From Candidatus Sumerlaeia bacterium (GTDB lineage: Bacteria > Sumerlaeota > Sumerlaeia > SLMS01 > JANRJK01): a DNA stretch of 64,000 nucleotides. The position numbers and the translations under genes are program-made. The stretch is taken from assembly GCA_033764015.1 (NCBI GenBank), contig JANRJK010000017.1:1-64000 (forward strand), read 5' to 3'. The notes under the pieces are model-generated. The model had not been told where the DNA came from and searched no databases. It saw only the letters and a program-made list of their open reading frames with translations. Below, in pieces: positions 53,281 to 62,504 of this stretch; the stretch's first letter is position 1, and the number at the start of each line of letters is the position of its first letter.

Positions 53281-54888
53281 TCAGGCGAGTCGGAGGCGCA
53301 CCGGAATCTCGAGCGTCTCCGCGAGCAGATCCGACTTCATGCGGGCGTGCAGCATTTCGTGTTCCGCATCGCCGTGGGCGGAGACGATCACCTCGAACCC
53401 GCCGTCGCGGAGGTCGCAGTCGACGCGGTCCACGATGCTGTTGTGGGTGCGGTCCAGCCCGTCGCCGATGCGCAGGAGGCCGCCGAGCAGCCCCACCAGC
53501 CGCTGGTCGGCGCGCGCCAAACCCTCGATCTCGATGTCCTTCTTCCGGGGGAGGCGCCCGCGGTGGTAGCGCGCGAGCGCGCCCAGGATCTGCACCTCGC
53601 GCGGGTCGAAGCCGAGCAGGCCCGCGTTGATGATGATGTAGCGCCCGTGCTTGTGGTGGTCCTCCGCGTTGATCACATAGCCGATGTCGTGGAGGTAGGC
53701 GCCGTATTCGAGGAGGCGGCGCTCCGCCGGCCCGAGGCCGTGGAGGGCGCGCGCGTGGTCGAAGAGCATCAGCGCCAGGGAGGCCACCTGCCGGCTGTGC
53801 TTCTCGTGCCAGTTGCAGCGGCCCAGCAGCGCGAGGACGCTCCGGCGCCGCGGGTCCGGCTGCGACGGCGCCGCCTTGATCGTGCGGCGGTGGCGCTCCA
53901 GGTGGTCGATCAGGACCCCCTCGCGCAGTCCCCACACGCAGCCGTGCAGCTCCGCCGCGTCGAACAGCCGCATGATGGTGGTCAGCAGGACCGCGCCGGG
54001 GACGATCGTGTCGACCCGCTGCGCGGAGAGGCCGCTCAGCTTCGCGCGCTCCGGCGCGGCCAAGGCGGCTAGGCGGTCGCGGACCTGCTCGAGGCGCCGG
54101 CGGGGCACCACCGCGTGGTTCAGCTTTCCGCCGCGTCCGACGCCCTCCACTTGCTGCAGCAGCGCCAGCACCGTCCCCGCGGTCCCCACCACGAAGTCGA
54201 AGCCGACCTGCTTCACCTCCTCGACGACGCGGGCGCACTGGGTCGCGATGTGGAGCTGCAGCCGCTCGATCTCCGCACGGGTCGGGGGATCCGAGAGCGG
54301 CGCCTGCTGCGAGAGCCGCAGGACGCCGCACTTCACGCTGTCGACGTAGAACAACTCGTCCTGCGAGCCTACGATGAACTCGACGCTGCCGCCGCCGATG
54401 TCGATGATGAGCGCGCGGCGCTCGTTGAACTGGAGGCTGCGCGCGACGGCGAGATGCACGAGCCGCGCCTCCTCGTGCGCCGTCACGATCGGGATGCGGA
54501 TGCCCGTCTGCTTATGCACGAGGTTGAGGAACTCGGCGCCGTTGGGCGCCTCGCGCACCGCGCTGGTGGCCGCGGCCAAAATGCGGTCCACCTGGTGGCT
54601 GTCGCAGAGCGACTTGGTGCGCACCAGCGCCGCCAGTCCGTCGGCGATCGCGCGCGGCGACATCCCGTGCGACTCGGATATCTCGTGGCCGAGGCGGACC
54701 AGTTCCTTGAAGCGGTCCACCACCTCGAAGCTGCCGTCCGGGTGCACCTCGGCGATGATCGTGTGGATCGAGTTGGTGCCCACATCGACCGATGCGATCT
54801 TGAGCGCCTTGGGCTTCGGTGGCTTCCGGGCGCCCGGGAGGGCGGGTGCGGACCGCGCCGGGGGGCGCGGCGGCTTGGGAGCCGTCAC
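53281..54888 (-). CDS. ppx: Ppx/GppA family exopolyphosphatase with C-terminal HD domain
   Basis: GTGA overlap; SVDVGTNS, ATSAVREA.N, EEARL, DIGGGSVE, GLREG, LHDIG. Confidence 0.92.
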   Translation of the reverse strand: MTAPKPPRPPARSAPALPGARKPPKPKALKIASVDVGTNSIHTIIAEVHPDGSFEVVDRFKELVRLGHEISESHGMSPRAIADGLAALVRTKSLCDSHQVDRILAAATSAVREAPNGAEFLNLVHKQTGIRIPIVTAHEEARLVHLAVARSLQFNERRALIIDIGGGSVEFIVGSQDELFYVDSVKCGVLRLSQQAPLSDPPTRAEIERLQLHIATQCARVVEEVKQVGFDFVVGTAGTVLALLQQVEGVGRGGKLNHAVVPRRRLEQVRDRLAALAAPERAKLSGLSAQRVDTIVPGAVLLTTIMRLFDAAELHGCVWGLREGVLIDHLERHRRTIKAAPSQPDPRRRSVLALLGRCNWHEKHSRQVASLALMLFDHARALHGLGPAERRLLEYGAYLHDIGYVINAEDHHKHGRYIIINAGLLGFDPREVQILGALARYHRGRLPRKKDIEIEGLARADQRLVGLLGGLLRIGDGLDRTHNSIVDRVDCDLRDGGFEVIVSAHGDAEHEMLHARMKSDLLAETLEIPVRLRLA

Positions 54889-55805
54889 CGCAGGCGTTCC
54901 ATGCGCGCGAACAGCGATTCCATCTCCAGCCGCCCCTCGTCGCCGTCGAAATGGGACCACAGGAACCCGAACTCCTGCCGCAGCTTCGAATCCTGCATCC
55001 GGCACCGTTCCGAGGCAAGCGCCACGGCGTCGCGAAGCGTCTGGTCGACCGGCTCCGGCGCATGCGCCAAGTCCCCTTCCAGCCGCGCCAGGTGGTTGTG
55101 CCGGTCCGTCACGCCGCCCAGCGTGTCCTGCATCGTGGTCGCGTCCGCGATGAGGGGATCGAGCAGCCCGCCGTAGCTCGGGTTGAAGTATTCCGCCGTG
55201 TAGCGCAGGCGCTTGAAGAGGATCCGCAGCTCGTGGAGCTGGGGCACCGCCGGGTCCGGGGGGAGTTCCGCGTGGTACTCGACCACGCGCCGCCGGGCGC
55301 GGCGGAGCGCGCGGGGGCAGGCCTTGCGCATCGGGGTGTCGCGGGGGCTCGAAAGCCCCTCCGCCATCCGCGCCATGCCGCGGGCCAGCTCGAGGAACAG
55401 GCGCAGCCGCTCGCGCGGCGCCGAGTCCAGGAACGCCGCCAGCGCCGCGTCGCGGTGCCGCTGGTGCCCTTCGAGCAGCGGCTCGATCGCGTCGATCTTC
55501 AGCTTTCGGGCCCAGATGATGAACACGTCCTCGTCGCGGACCTCGCCGAGCGTTTGCGCGATCCAGCGGAGTTCGTTGTTCACGGGCGCCACCGCGTCGC
55601 GCCCGCCGAGTTCGTCGCGGAACACGCGCAGCGCGGCGCGCAGGCGGCGCGTCGCCACCCGCGCGTCGTGGATCGATTCCTCCGTGCGTGTGTCGAGGAC
55701 CAGCGGGAGCAGTTCCGAGAGCTGGTCGAGGAAGAACGACATGGTGCGCGCCGCGAAGGCGCGCATGCTGGTGTCGAGCGCGAGGGCGGGAACCGCGACG
55801 GGCAT
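54885..55805 (-). CDS. CHAD domain-containing (polyphosphate-binding) protein
   Basis: HDARVATRRLRA, LGEVRDEDV, LHELRI.FKRLRY..E, QDTLG...D. Confidence 0.9.
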   Translation of the reverse strand: MPVAVPALALDTSMRAFAARTMSFFLDQLSELLPLVLDTRTEESIHDARVATRRLRAALRVFRDELGGRDAVAPVNNELRWIAQTLGEVRDEDVFIIWARKLKIDAIEPLLEGHQRHRDAALAAFLDSAPRERLRLFLELARGMARMAEGLSSPRDTPMRKACPRALRRARRRVVEYHAELPPDPAVPQLHELRILFKRLRYTAEYFNPSYGGLLDPLIADATTMQDTLGGVTDRHNHLARLEGDLAHAPEPVDQTLRDAVALASERCRMQDSKLRQEFGFLWSHFDGDEGRLEMESLFARMERLR

Positions 55806-55839
55806 CGGGACCGGTCCCGTGGGGGGCCGCGGCGGCGCC

Positions 55840-56265
55840 TTAGGCGCCGCGCAGTTCCGCGATCACGTCGTTGGCGTCGGCCTTGTCGTCCGGGTCCTGC
55901 ACGCTCTTGGCGTACAGCTCCAGCGTGGCGAGGGCCTTCGCCTTGTCGCCCTTCTTCGCGTAGCAGACGGCCAGGTTGTAGACCGCCTCGAGGAGGTTCA
56001 CGTCCTTCGACGCGGCTTCCGAGAAGTGCGTGATCGCCTCGTCCCAGCGCTCGCCCTTGGCGGAGGCGATGCCGAGGTTGTAGATGTCGGCGGGGGTCTG
56101 CAGGGTGAAGCCGAGCTTCTTCATCGCGACCGACTTCTCGTCGAGCGGCAGCGAGTGGATGAGCGTCCAGCCGTAGAGGCTGAGCGCCTCCTTGGGGTTC
56201 TTCTCGAAGGCGGCGCGGAAGCGGTTCAACTCGCGGTCGTACAGGTCGCCATGCATGGTGGGCAT
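55840..56265 (-). CDS. Tetratricopeptide repeat protein
   Basis: YNLGIA...G....AI..F and YNLAVCY...G....A TPR units. Confidence 0.8.
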   Translation of the reverse strand: MPTMHGDLYDRELNRFRAAFEKNPKEALSLYGWTLIHSLPLDEKSVAMKKLGFTLQTPADIYNLGIASAKGERWDEAITHFSEAASKDVNLLEAVYNLAVCYAKKGDKAKALATLELYAKSVQDPDDKADANDVIAELRGA

Positions 56266-56486
56266 TTTCCGTCCAGGATTCCTTGGGTGCGTTCGGGGGG
56301 CCGCCGGTTTCCCATGGCGGTCGTGGATGCTGGTTCGGTCGCCCGCTTCGGGTCAATGCGCGTTCCGCGCCTCGCCGCCCGCCGAATTGCCGGATTTGCG
56401 GTTGCCGACTCCGCCCCCCCGTGTGGTCCCCTCTTCCCACGGGACGGCTTGCTGCGTCCCAACCCCCGATCCGGAGGCGCGGCGCC

Positions 56487-58724
56487 TTGGCTGATGTTCA
56501 GGTGGACGTCCGAGAACGACTCTTCGAGGCAATGCAGGAGAAGCGCTGGGACGAATTCGACGAACTTTGGTTGCAGGTGACGGAGGGCGAGCGCCTCCCC
56601 CTCCAGCTCCATGAGCAGATCATCGCGCGGCTGCTCCGCAAAAAGCAGTCCCTCAAGCTCGCGGACATCTACTCGGTCCTCTTCGACGCCAAGCTGAAGG
56701 ACGGCCAGGCGGAGTGGGTCTACGAGCTGATCCAGCTCGTCCTCGCCCTCGAGCCCACCAGCGATTTCGTCCGCCCGCACCTGCTCAAGGCGCTCGAGAG
56801 CATCCATGCGCCCCGCGGCGCGGAGCGCGTCGAGGAGTACCTCATCGAAAGCGGCCTCACGACCAACGCCCCCGACATCCGCAAGTGCCTCTCGCGCTTC
56901 GAGGAGCTGGTGGGCGCCACGAAGGGCCAGGTGTTCCGCCACCGCTCCTGGGGCCTCGGCGTCGTCCGCGAGCTCGATGTCGCCACCAACAGCGTCGTCA
57001 TCGACTTCGAGCTGTCGCCCAACAAGAAGCTCACCCTCGAGGGCGTGCGACAGTTCCTCGAGCGCGTCCCCAAGGACCACATCCACGCGCGCATGGCCGC
57101 GGACCGCAACACGCTGAAGGCCGAGGCGAAGGAGGATCCCGCGGCGCTCATGCGCGCGGTCCTCAAGTACTCGCTCGACAAGCGCGTGAAGGTCGCCGAC
57201 CTCAAGCGCCTCCTCACCACCCGCTTCTGGACCGAGGACGAGTACAAGAAGTGGTGGCCGACCGCCCGCGAGGCGCTCAAGCTCGACCCCTACATCGACC
57301 TTGTCGGCGCCGGCTCGAACGCCACCCTCGTGCTGCGCACCACCCCGCGTTCCTTTGTCGACACCGTTATCGATATCCTCGCGAAGCCGAAGAGCACCGC
57401 GGCGCTCCGCGCGGCGATCAAGGACATCTCGATGCATGGCGAGGACGCGGAGCTGTCCGAAGAGGACCGCCAACGCGTGTTCGACCTCTTCGCCAAGTCC
57501 GGCGCGGCGACCCCCGACGCGGAGCGCCTCGCGCGCGGCCTGCTCTTCGAGGAGTTCCCCGACGTGTTCGGCGAGCGGGAGAACCCCTTCCCGATCGATC
57601 CGCTGCTGGGCGCGATGCCCCTCGGCGACGCGCTCGACGCGGCGCAGCTCCCGGAACTCCGCCGCGTGGCGCTCGACCACTACATCCGGCTCAATCCCGA
57701 AACCTGGGCGGCCGACACCGCCGAGGCGTTCGCGCATCTCGACAGCCGCTCCGCAGCATGGGTCGCCGCGGAGATGAAGAAGAAGGGCTACGAAACGGAA
57801 CGGCGCCACTCCGTCGAAACCGTCCTCGGACGCCCGGACGAGAACCCGGAGCTCCTGCTCTGGGTGGTCCGCAACATCTTCGAAGGCGTGCTCGATGTGG
57901 GCGGCGACCTGACGAGGCCGGTGCTTCTCGCGGAGGAGCTGCTCTCGCTCCTCGACGAGTACTACGACATCAGCACCAGCGACTCGGCCCCCGCCGAGCG
58001 GGTCGCCGAGGCGAAGAACATCGTCCAGCGCATCCGCGCCTTCCTCCAGGAGGGCCACGCGAAGCACATGAAGCGGGTGGTTAACTCGAGCACGCCGGAG
58101 GAGGCGCGCAAGCTCCTCATCCGCGCGCAGCTCCACAGCGGACTCGCCGGACCCTTCAAGGAGAACATCGAGCGCATGGTGTTCTCGGTGCATCCCGAGC
58201 TGCGCCGCGCCAGCAAGTCCGAAGAGGAGGAGGAGCGCAAGAAGCCCTCCTTCCACTACACGCTCCAGCCCTCCCTCGACGCCAAGCGCCAGCACCTCTC
58301 GCACATCATGTCGTGCGAGATCCCCGCCTGCGCCGAGGCGATCGCCGCGGCCCGCGCGCTCGGCGACCTGAAGGAGAACGCGGAGTACCACGCCGCCAAG
58401 GAGCGGCAGAAGATGTTCATGCAGACCGCCTCCGAGCTGGAGGACCTGATCGCCCGCGCGCGCATCATCGACCTGGACCGCGTCCAGGCGAACGTTTCGC
58501 GCTTCGGCACGCGGCTCCGGCTGCGCCGGCCGGAAAGCGGCGAAGAGGTCGACTACACGCTCCTCGGCATGTGGGAGGCGGACGCCCGCCAGAACATCAT
58601 CTCCTACATGACGCCGCTCGGCTCGCAGTTGATGAACCGCGCGGCGGGCGACCGCTTCACGGTCGTGCTGCCGGACGGCCGCAAGGAAGACTACGAGGTG
58701 CTGAAGGTCGAGGCGCTGCGCTAA
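56487..58724 (+). CDS. greA: Transcription elongation factor GreA with a long N-terminal extension
   Basis: C-terminal AI..AR.LGDLKENAEYHAAK, FGTR, YTLLG.WE, ISY.TPLG; probable TTG start at 56487 after GGAGG (ATG 56532 is an alternative). Confidence 0.88.
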   Translation: MADVQVDVRERLFEAMQEKRWDEFDELWLQVTEGERLPLQLHEQIIARLLRKKQSLKLADIYSVLFDAKLKDGQAEWVYELIQLVLALEPTSDFVRPHLLKALESIHAPRGAERVEEYLIESGLTTNAPDIRKCLSRFEELVGATKGQVFRHRSWGLGVVRELDVATNSVVIDFELSPNKKLTLEGVRQFLERVPKDHIHARMAADRNTLKAEAKEDPAALMRAVLKYSLDKRVKVADLKRLLTTRFWTEDEYKKWWPTAREALKLDPYIDLVGAGSNATLVLRTTPRSFVDTVIDILAKPKSTAALRAAIKDISMHGEDAELSEEDRQRVFDLFAKSGAATPDAERLARGLLFEEFPDVFGERENPFPIDPLLGAMPLGDALDAAQLPELRRVALDHYIRLNPETWAADTAEAFAHLDSRSAAWVAAEMKKKGYETERRHSVETVLGRPDENPELLLWVVRNIFEGVLDVGGDLTRPVLLAEELLSLLDEYYDISTSDSAPAERVAEAKNIVQRIRAFLQEGHAKHMKRVVNSSTPEEARKLLIRAQLHSGLAGPFKENIERMVFSVHPELRRASKSEEEEERKKPSFHYTLQPSLDAKRQHLSHIMSCEIPACAEAIAAARALGDLKENAEYHAAKERQKMFMQTASELEDLIARARIIDLDRVQANVSRFGTRLRLRRPESGEEVDYTLLGMWEADARQNIISYMTPLGSQLMNRAAGDRFTVVLPDGRKEDYEVLKVEALR

Positions 58725-58768
58725 GGCGCGGCGCCCCGGCCCCACCGGAACGGGGTCCCTCGGGGGCG

Positions 58769-59176
58769 ATGGCAACGCACGCCGCACCGGGCGGAGAGGA
58801 CGGCCAGCCCCCCCAAGGGCGTCCGCGGAACCGCGCCCTGGACGCCACGGTTTTCCTGGTGATCCTCGCCCTCGGCGGCGCCGTCGTCTACATCAGCCCC
58901 TACAACATCGCCGAGTCGATCCTGAGCCCCTACGGCGCCTTCGTGGTCATCGTCATGGTGATCGAGTACCTGGTCATCAAGAGCGGCGACCGCACCCGCG
59001 CCTACCAGTTCGAGAACTCCAAGCACAAGGAGCAGCGTCGGAAGCTCGACCGCGCCCTTCGCGAGGCCGAGGCGCTGCTGGGGGAGATCCCCGTCGAGGG
59101 CGACGACGCCGCGCCGATCCCGAAGGAGGTCCGCGCCCGCATCGTGGCGCTCCGGGAAAAGCTCCGGAACCTCTGA
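58769..59176 (+). CDS. Hypothetical membrane protein (two TM segments plus coiled coil)
   Basis: Two hydrophobic segments, then a charged helix; host-like codon usage. Confidence 0.65.
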   Translation: MATHAAPGGEDGQPPQGRPRNRALDATVFLVILALGGAVVYISPYNIAESILSPYGAFVVIVMVIEYLVIKSGDRTRAYQFENSKHKEQRRKLDRALREAEALLGEIPVEGDDAAPIPKEVRARIVALREKLRNL

Positions 59177-59186
59177 CCGTCGCCTC

Positions 59187-59693
59187 TTACTTCTTCTTCG
59201 GCCTCTCCGGGCGCGGCGCGGCGAGCGCCTTCTCGTACCCGGCGATGAACGCCTCCGCGGTCACCCGCCGGAACGCCTCGCCGATCACTTCGAGAGCCAG
59301 GTCCTCCGCCCGCTTGAAGCGGATGCAGCACTTCCCCATGTCGAGCTTCTTCCCCGTGGCGGCCCACGCCGCCTTGAACCACTCCGCGTGCGCGTTGCCG
59401 TCCGTCGGCACGTCGCCGCCGCAGCCGTTGTAGACGCTCATCAGGTAGAGCGAGTTGTAGTTCTTCTGCGCCGCCAGCGACGCCACCGGCAGCGGCTGCT
59501 TCGGATCGCAGTGGTATCCCTTCGGATAGACCGAATGCGGAATCACATAGCCGATCATTCCGTAGGCCATCTCCTCGCGGATGAGCGGATCAAGGTTCGC
59601 AAGGACCACTTCTCGGACGGTTGAAATCGCCGCGCGGCGCGCGTCCGGGAGCTGGGTGAGGTACTCCTCGACGGTTGCGGCGTTGCTTTGCAT
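59187..59693 (-). CDS. DUF1801 (YdhG-like) domain protein
   Basis: MQSNAATVEEY, YGMIGYVIP...YP.GYH, LAAQKNY.SLYL, LDMGKCCIRFK. Confidence 0.85.
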   Translation of the reverse strand: MQSNAATVEEYLTQLPDARRAAISTVREVVLANLDPLIREEMAYGMIGYVIPHSVYPKGYHCDPKQPLPVASLAAQKNYNSLYLMSVYNGCGGDVPTDGNAHAEWFKAAWAATGKKLDMGKCCIRFKRAEDLALEVIGEAFRRVTAEAFIAGYEKALAAPRPERPKKK

Positions 59694-59760
59694 GCGTGCG
59701 CCTTTTGCGATGGGATCCATCCGAAACTGGCGCATCCCCTCGCGTCGCGCAAGCGCCGTG

Positions 59761-61389
59761 TCACCCTAGCCGCGCCACCGCCGGGTACCGGCCGGGGATG
59801 CGCAGCGTTGGCAGCGAATCCAGCAGCCGCGCGGGCGCCCCGGTTCCGTAGTTCAGCAGCAGCGGTGCGAGCAGGCCCAGGCGCCGCTCCTGCGGCTCGC
59901 CGAACGGCGCCAGCGCGTCGAGGACCTTGCGGCGCTGCGCGTCGAGCGTGTCCGCGCGCCGGGCCCGGACGGCGGCGACGCGCTCCTCGAGCCTCGCGGC
60001 GTTTTGCGCCAGCGAATCGCGCAGCTTCGCCGCCCCCTTCGCAACCGCCTCGTCGCCCGCGTCGGGACCCAGTTCCGCGATCCATGCGTCGAGCGCCGCG
60101 CCTAGGTGCCCGGCGAGCCCGACCGATCCGGCCCCGCCGCCGCCGGGGGAGAGGCGCGATTCGAGCAACGCGGGCGTCAGCGCCGCCGCGCCGGTCGGCG
60201 AAAGATCGAACTTGGCGAGCGCCCGCTCGATGCGCGGCTCCAATAGAAGCAGCGACGGCCGCGGCAGCACCGCGGGACGCGGCACCCCGAGGAGGTCGTA
60301 GAGCGGACCGATCTGCGCGTGGTACACGGCCTCGCCCGGCCCCGCCACGTAGCCAAGCGTCGGAAGCGCGAGGTCCTGCACGAGAGGGCGTGTCGCCGCG
60401 TTGGGCGACCAGTGCCGCCAGTGCTCGGCGAGATCCGCCTCCAACTCCGCCGCGCTCCAACGCGCCAGCGTCTCCTTCGAGGCGGGATGCGTGAGCGCGT
60501 AGCCGTCCCCGGACCGCACCGCCTTCGCGCGGACGAGCGCGCCGGGGGGTCCCCACTCCCGGAAGTAGTTCAGCTCCGTGCCGTCGCGGTGGATCGCCTC
60601 AAGGCCGAAGCGCTCCCGTAACGCCGCCGCCCGCTCGGCGAGCAGCGTGGTCGCCAAGCCGTTCGTGGCGAGTTCCCGGCGGAACACCTCGGCGCCGCGG
60701 CGGCGGAGGAAACCGAGGCGCGGCACCACCGGCACGATGCCGAGAGCCCCGAGGAGCTGGTTGAAGACGGTCGCGAAGTGCGACTCGAGGGTGCCACCCG
60801 CGCGTTTCAGCAGCTCCGATAGTTCCGGGCTGAACCCGGTCGCGCGCGTCGAGCCGGTGAAGTCCGCGAGGAACGCGTCCCATTGCTCCGGCGCGATCGG
60901 CAGATCGTGGATCGGCGCGCCGACGCGGCCGTCCGGTTGGGCCAACCGGTGCTCGCGGGGCCGCCCCTCCGCATCGAGCCAACAGGTTGCGGCGGCTTCG
61001 GCGAAGTCGTGGTCGTCCGAGGCGATCCAGAACACCGGGACCACCGGACGCGCCGTGGCCCGCTCCAACTCCGCCGCCCAGCGCGCGGTCGCGAGCGCCT
61101 TGTGGAGCGTGTACAGCGGGCCAAGCCCGAGACCCGCCTGTTGGCCGGTTGCGACGCAAAGCGTATCCGGTTCGGCGAAGAGCCTGGCGCGGGCGCGCAC
61201 TTGGTCGCCGGCGCCGTGCGCCGCGAGCCACCCGTCCCACTCGTCCATTTCTTCGGCGGTGGGGGGCTCCCAGCCGCGGCGCGCGCGCTCGGCGAGGATG
61301 CCGGAAAAATCGAAGGCCGGCCCCCGGTACCAGGGCCGGACCTCCGCGTCTCCATCGATGTAGGCGGCGAGCCATTCGGCGGGTGTCAC
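59761..61389 (-). CDS. bshC: Bacillithiol biosynthesis cysteine-adding enzyme
   Basis: TGQQAGL..GPLYT..KA, PVFWIASDDHDF.E, SPNA..RPL.QD..LPT..YVAGPGE..Y, PQER. Confidence 0.88.
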   Translation of the reverse strand: MTPAEWLAAYIDGDAEVRPWYRGPAFDFSGILAERARRGWEPPTAEEMDEWDGWLAAHGAGDQVRARARLFAEPDTLCVATGQQAGLGLGPLYTLHKALATARWAAELERATARPVVPVFWIASDDHDFAEAAATCWLDAEGRPREHRLAQPDGRVGAPIHDLPIAPEQWDAFLADFTGSTRATGFSPELSELLKRAGGTLESHFATVFNQLLGALGIVPVVPRLGFLRRRGAEVFRRELATNGLATTLLAERAAALRERFGLEAIHRDGTELNYFREWGPPGALVRAKAVRSGDGYALTHPASKETLARWSAAELEADLAEHWRHWSPNAATRPLVQDLALPTLGYVAGPGEAVYHAQIGPLYDLLGVPRPAVLPRPSLLLLEPRIERALAKFDLSPTGAAALTPALLESRLSPGGGGAGSVGLAGHLGAALDAWIAELGPDAGDEAVAKGAAKLRDSLAQNAARLEERVAAVRARRADTLDAQRRKVLDALAPFGEPQERRLGLLAPLLLNYGTGAPARLLDSLPTLRIPGRYPAVARLG

Positions 61390-62504
61390 TCGGGAGGTGC
61401 GCCTTCCTCTCCGACCGGCGCCGCCTCGGCGCCGCCGCCGGAATCCCCGGCCTCGGGCGTCGGCTCCGGAGTCGGCGTGGGCGCCGGCGTCGGCGGCGGC
61501 GCGAATAGCGAATCGGGCGACGCGCGCAGGGCGAAGAAGTTGCCGATAATGAATGGGTCCTCGACAGTTGAGGCGCGGGCGAAATGTTGATTCTGCCGCT
61601 CCGGCACCGGCTGGCCGATGGTCAGTGTCATCGGTTCCTCGATGTCGCGGACCTTCACGGTCAGTTCGATGGTGGTCGTCGTGAAGAACTCGTCGCCCGC
61701 TGGCTCGTCAAGGAACTCGTCTGCCATGAGGAGCGGGATCGCGCGGGCGATCTGGTCGCCGGAGCCCTTCCGCGCTTCCTCGGACTTGTCGCCCGCGGTC
61801 GCCCGCCAGCGCCCTTCGTATTCGTTGTCGCCGCCGCCGAGGTACTCGAGCACGAAGCCGCCCCCGGCGGCCCCGTCCCCGCGCACCTCGACGCGCTCGA
61901 TCGTGTCCCACGCGGCGTCGGGCATCACCTTGCGCTCGCGCCACTCGGCGGCCGTTCGCGCGGAGAAGTTGTTCTCGAGGGCGAGCGGCGCCTGGTAGCT
62001 CCGCGTGCCTTCGGGCGGGCGGACGAACGTTGTCCCGCGCGGCTGCGTGCCGGCCTTCCCGATGAACAGCGTCTCTAGCACCGCGTCGCCATCGCCGCGG
62101 AAGGTCGCCTTCACCGCGGTGGCGGCGTCGAGCCCGAGCCGCGCCCACGATGCTTCGCTCTCGGCGACCGCGGTCGCGGGCACGGGACCGGTGAACTCCG
62201 GGTTTCCCTCTTGGTTGTTTTCGATGGACCGCGCGCGCTCGCGGTCCACGCGTCGGAGGCCCTTCGGGGTCTCGACCTTCCAGAGGCCCTCCTGCTTGCG
62301 GAGGACCACGGGCTCCTGGCCCTCGCGCTCGACGACCACCGACCGCAGCGTGTCGGCGTTCACCTTGCCGAGGTACTCGCGCGATTCGGCCTGCGCGGCG
62401 ATCGTGGAGACGCGGGCGGCGGGGGTGTCGGGGCGCAGCAGGACCGCGAGCGCGGCCAGCGCCGCGGCGGCCGCGCCGAGCGCGGCGAGCGACTTCATGT
62501 TCAT
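61386..62504 (-). CDS. DUF4340 domain-containing protein
   Basis: N-terminal membrane anchor; LGLD...L.IG...TFVR...WR.RK pattern; position directly after a GldG-like gene. Confidence 0.65.
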   Translation of the reverse strand: MNMKSLAALGAAAAALAALAVLLRPDTPAARVSTIAAQAESREYLGKVNADTLRSVVVEREGQEPVVLRKQEGLWKVETPKGLRRVDRERARSIENNQEGNPEFTGPVPATAVAESEASWARLGLDAATAVKATFRGDGDAVLETLFIGKAGTQPRGTTFVRPPEGTRSYQAPLALENNFSARTAAEWRERKVMPDAAWDTIERVEVRGDGAAGGGFVLEYLGGGDNEYEGRWRATAGDKSEEARKGSGDQIARAIPLLMADEFLDEPAGDEFFTTTTIELTVKVRDIEEPMTLTIGQPVPERQNQHFARASTVEDPFIIGNFFALRASPDSLFAPPPTPAPTPTPEPTPEAGDSGGGAEAAPVGEEGAPPE

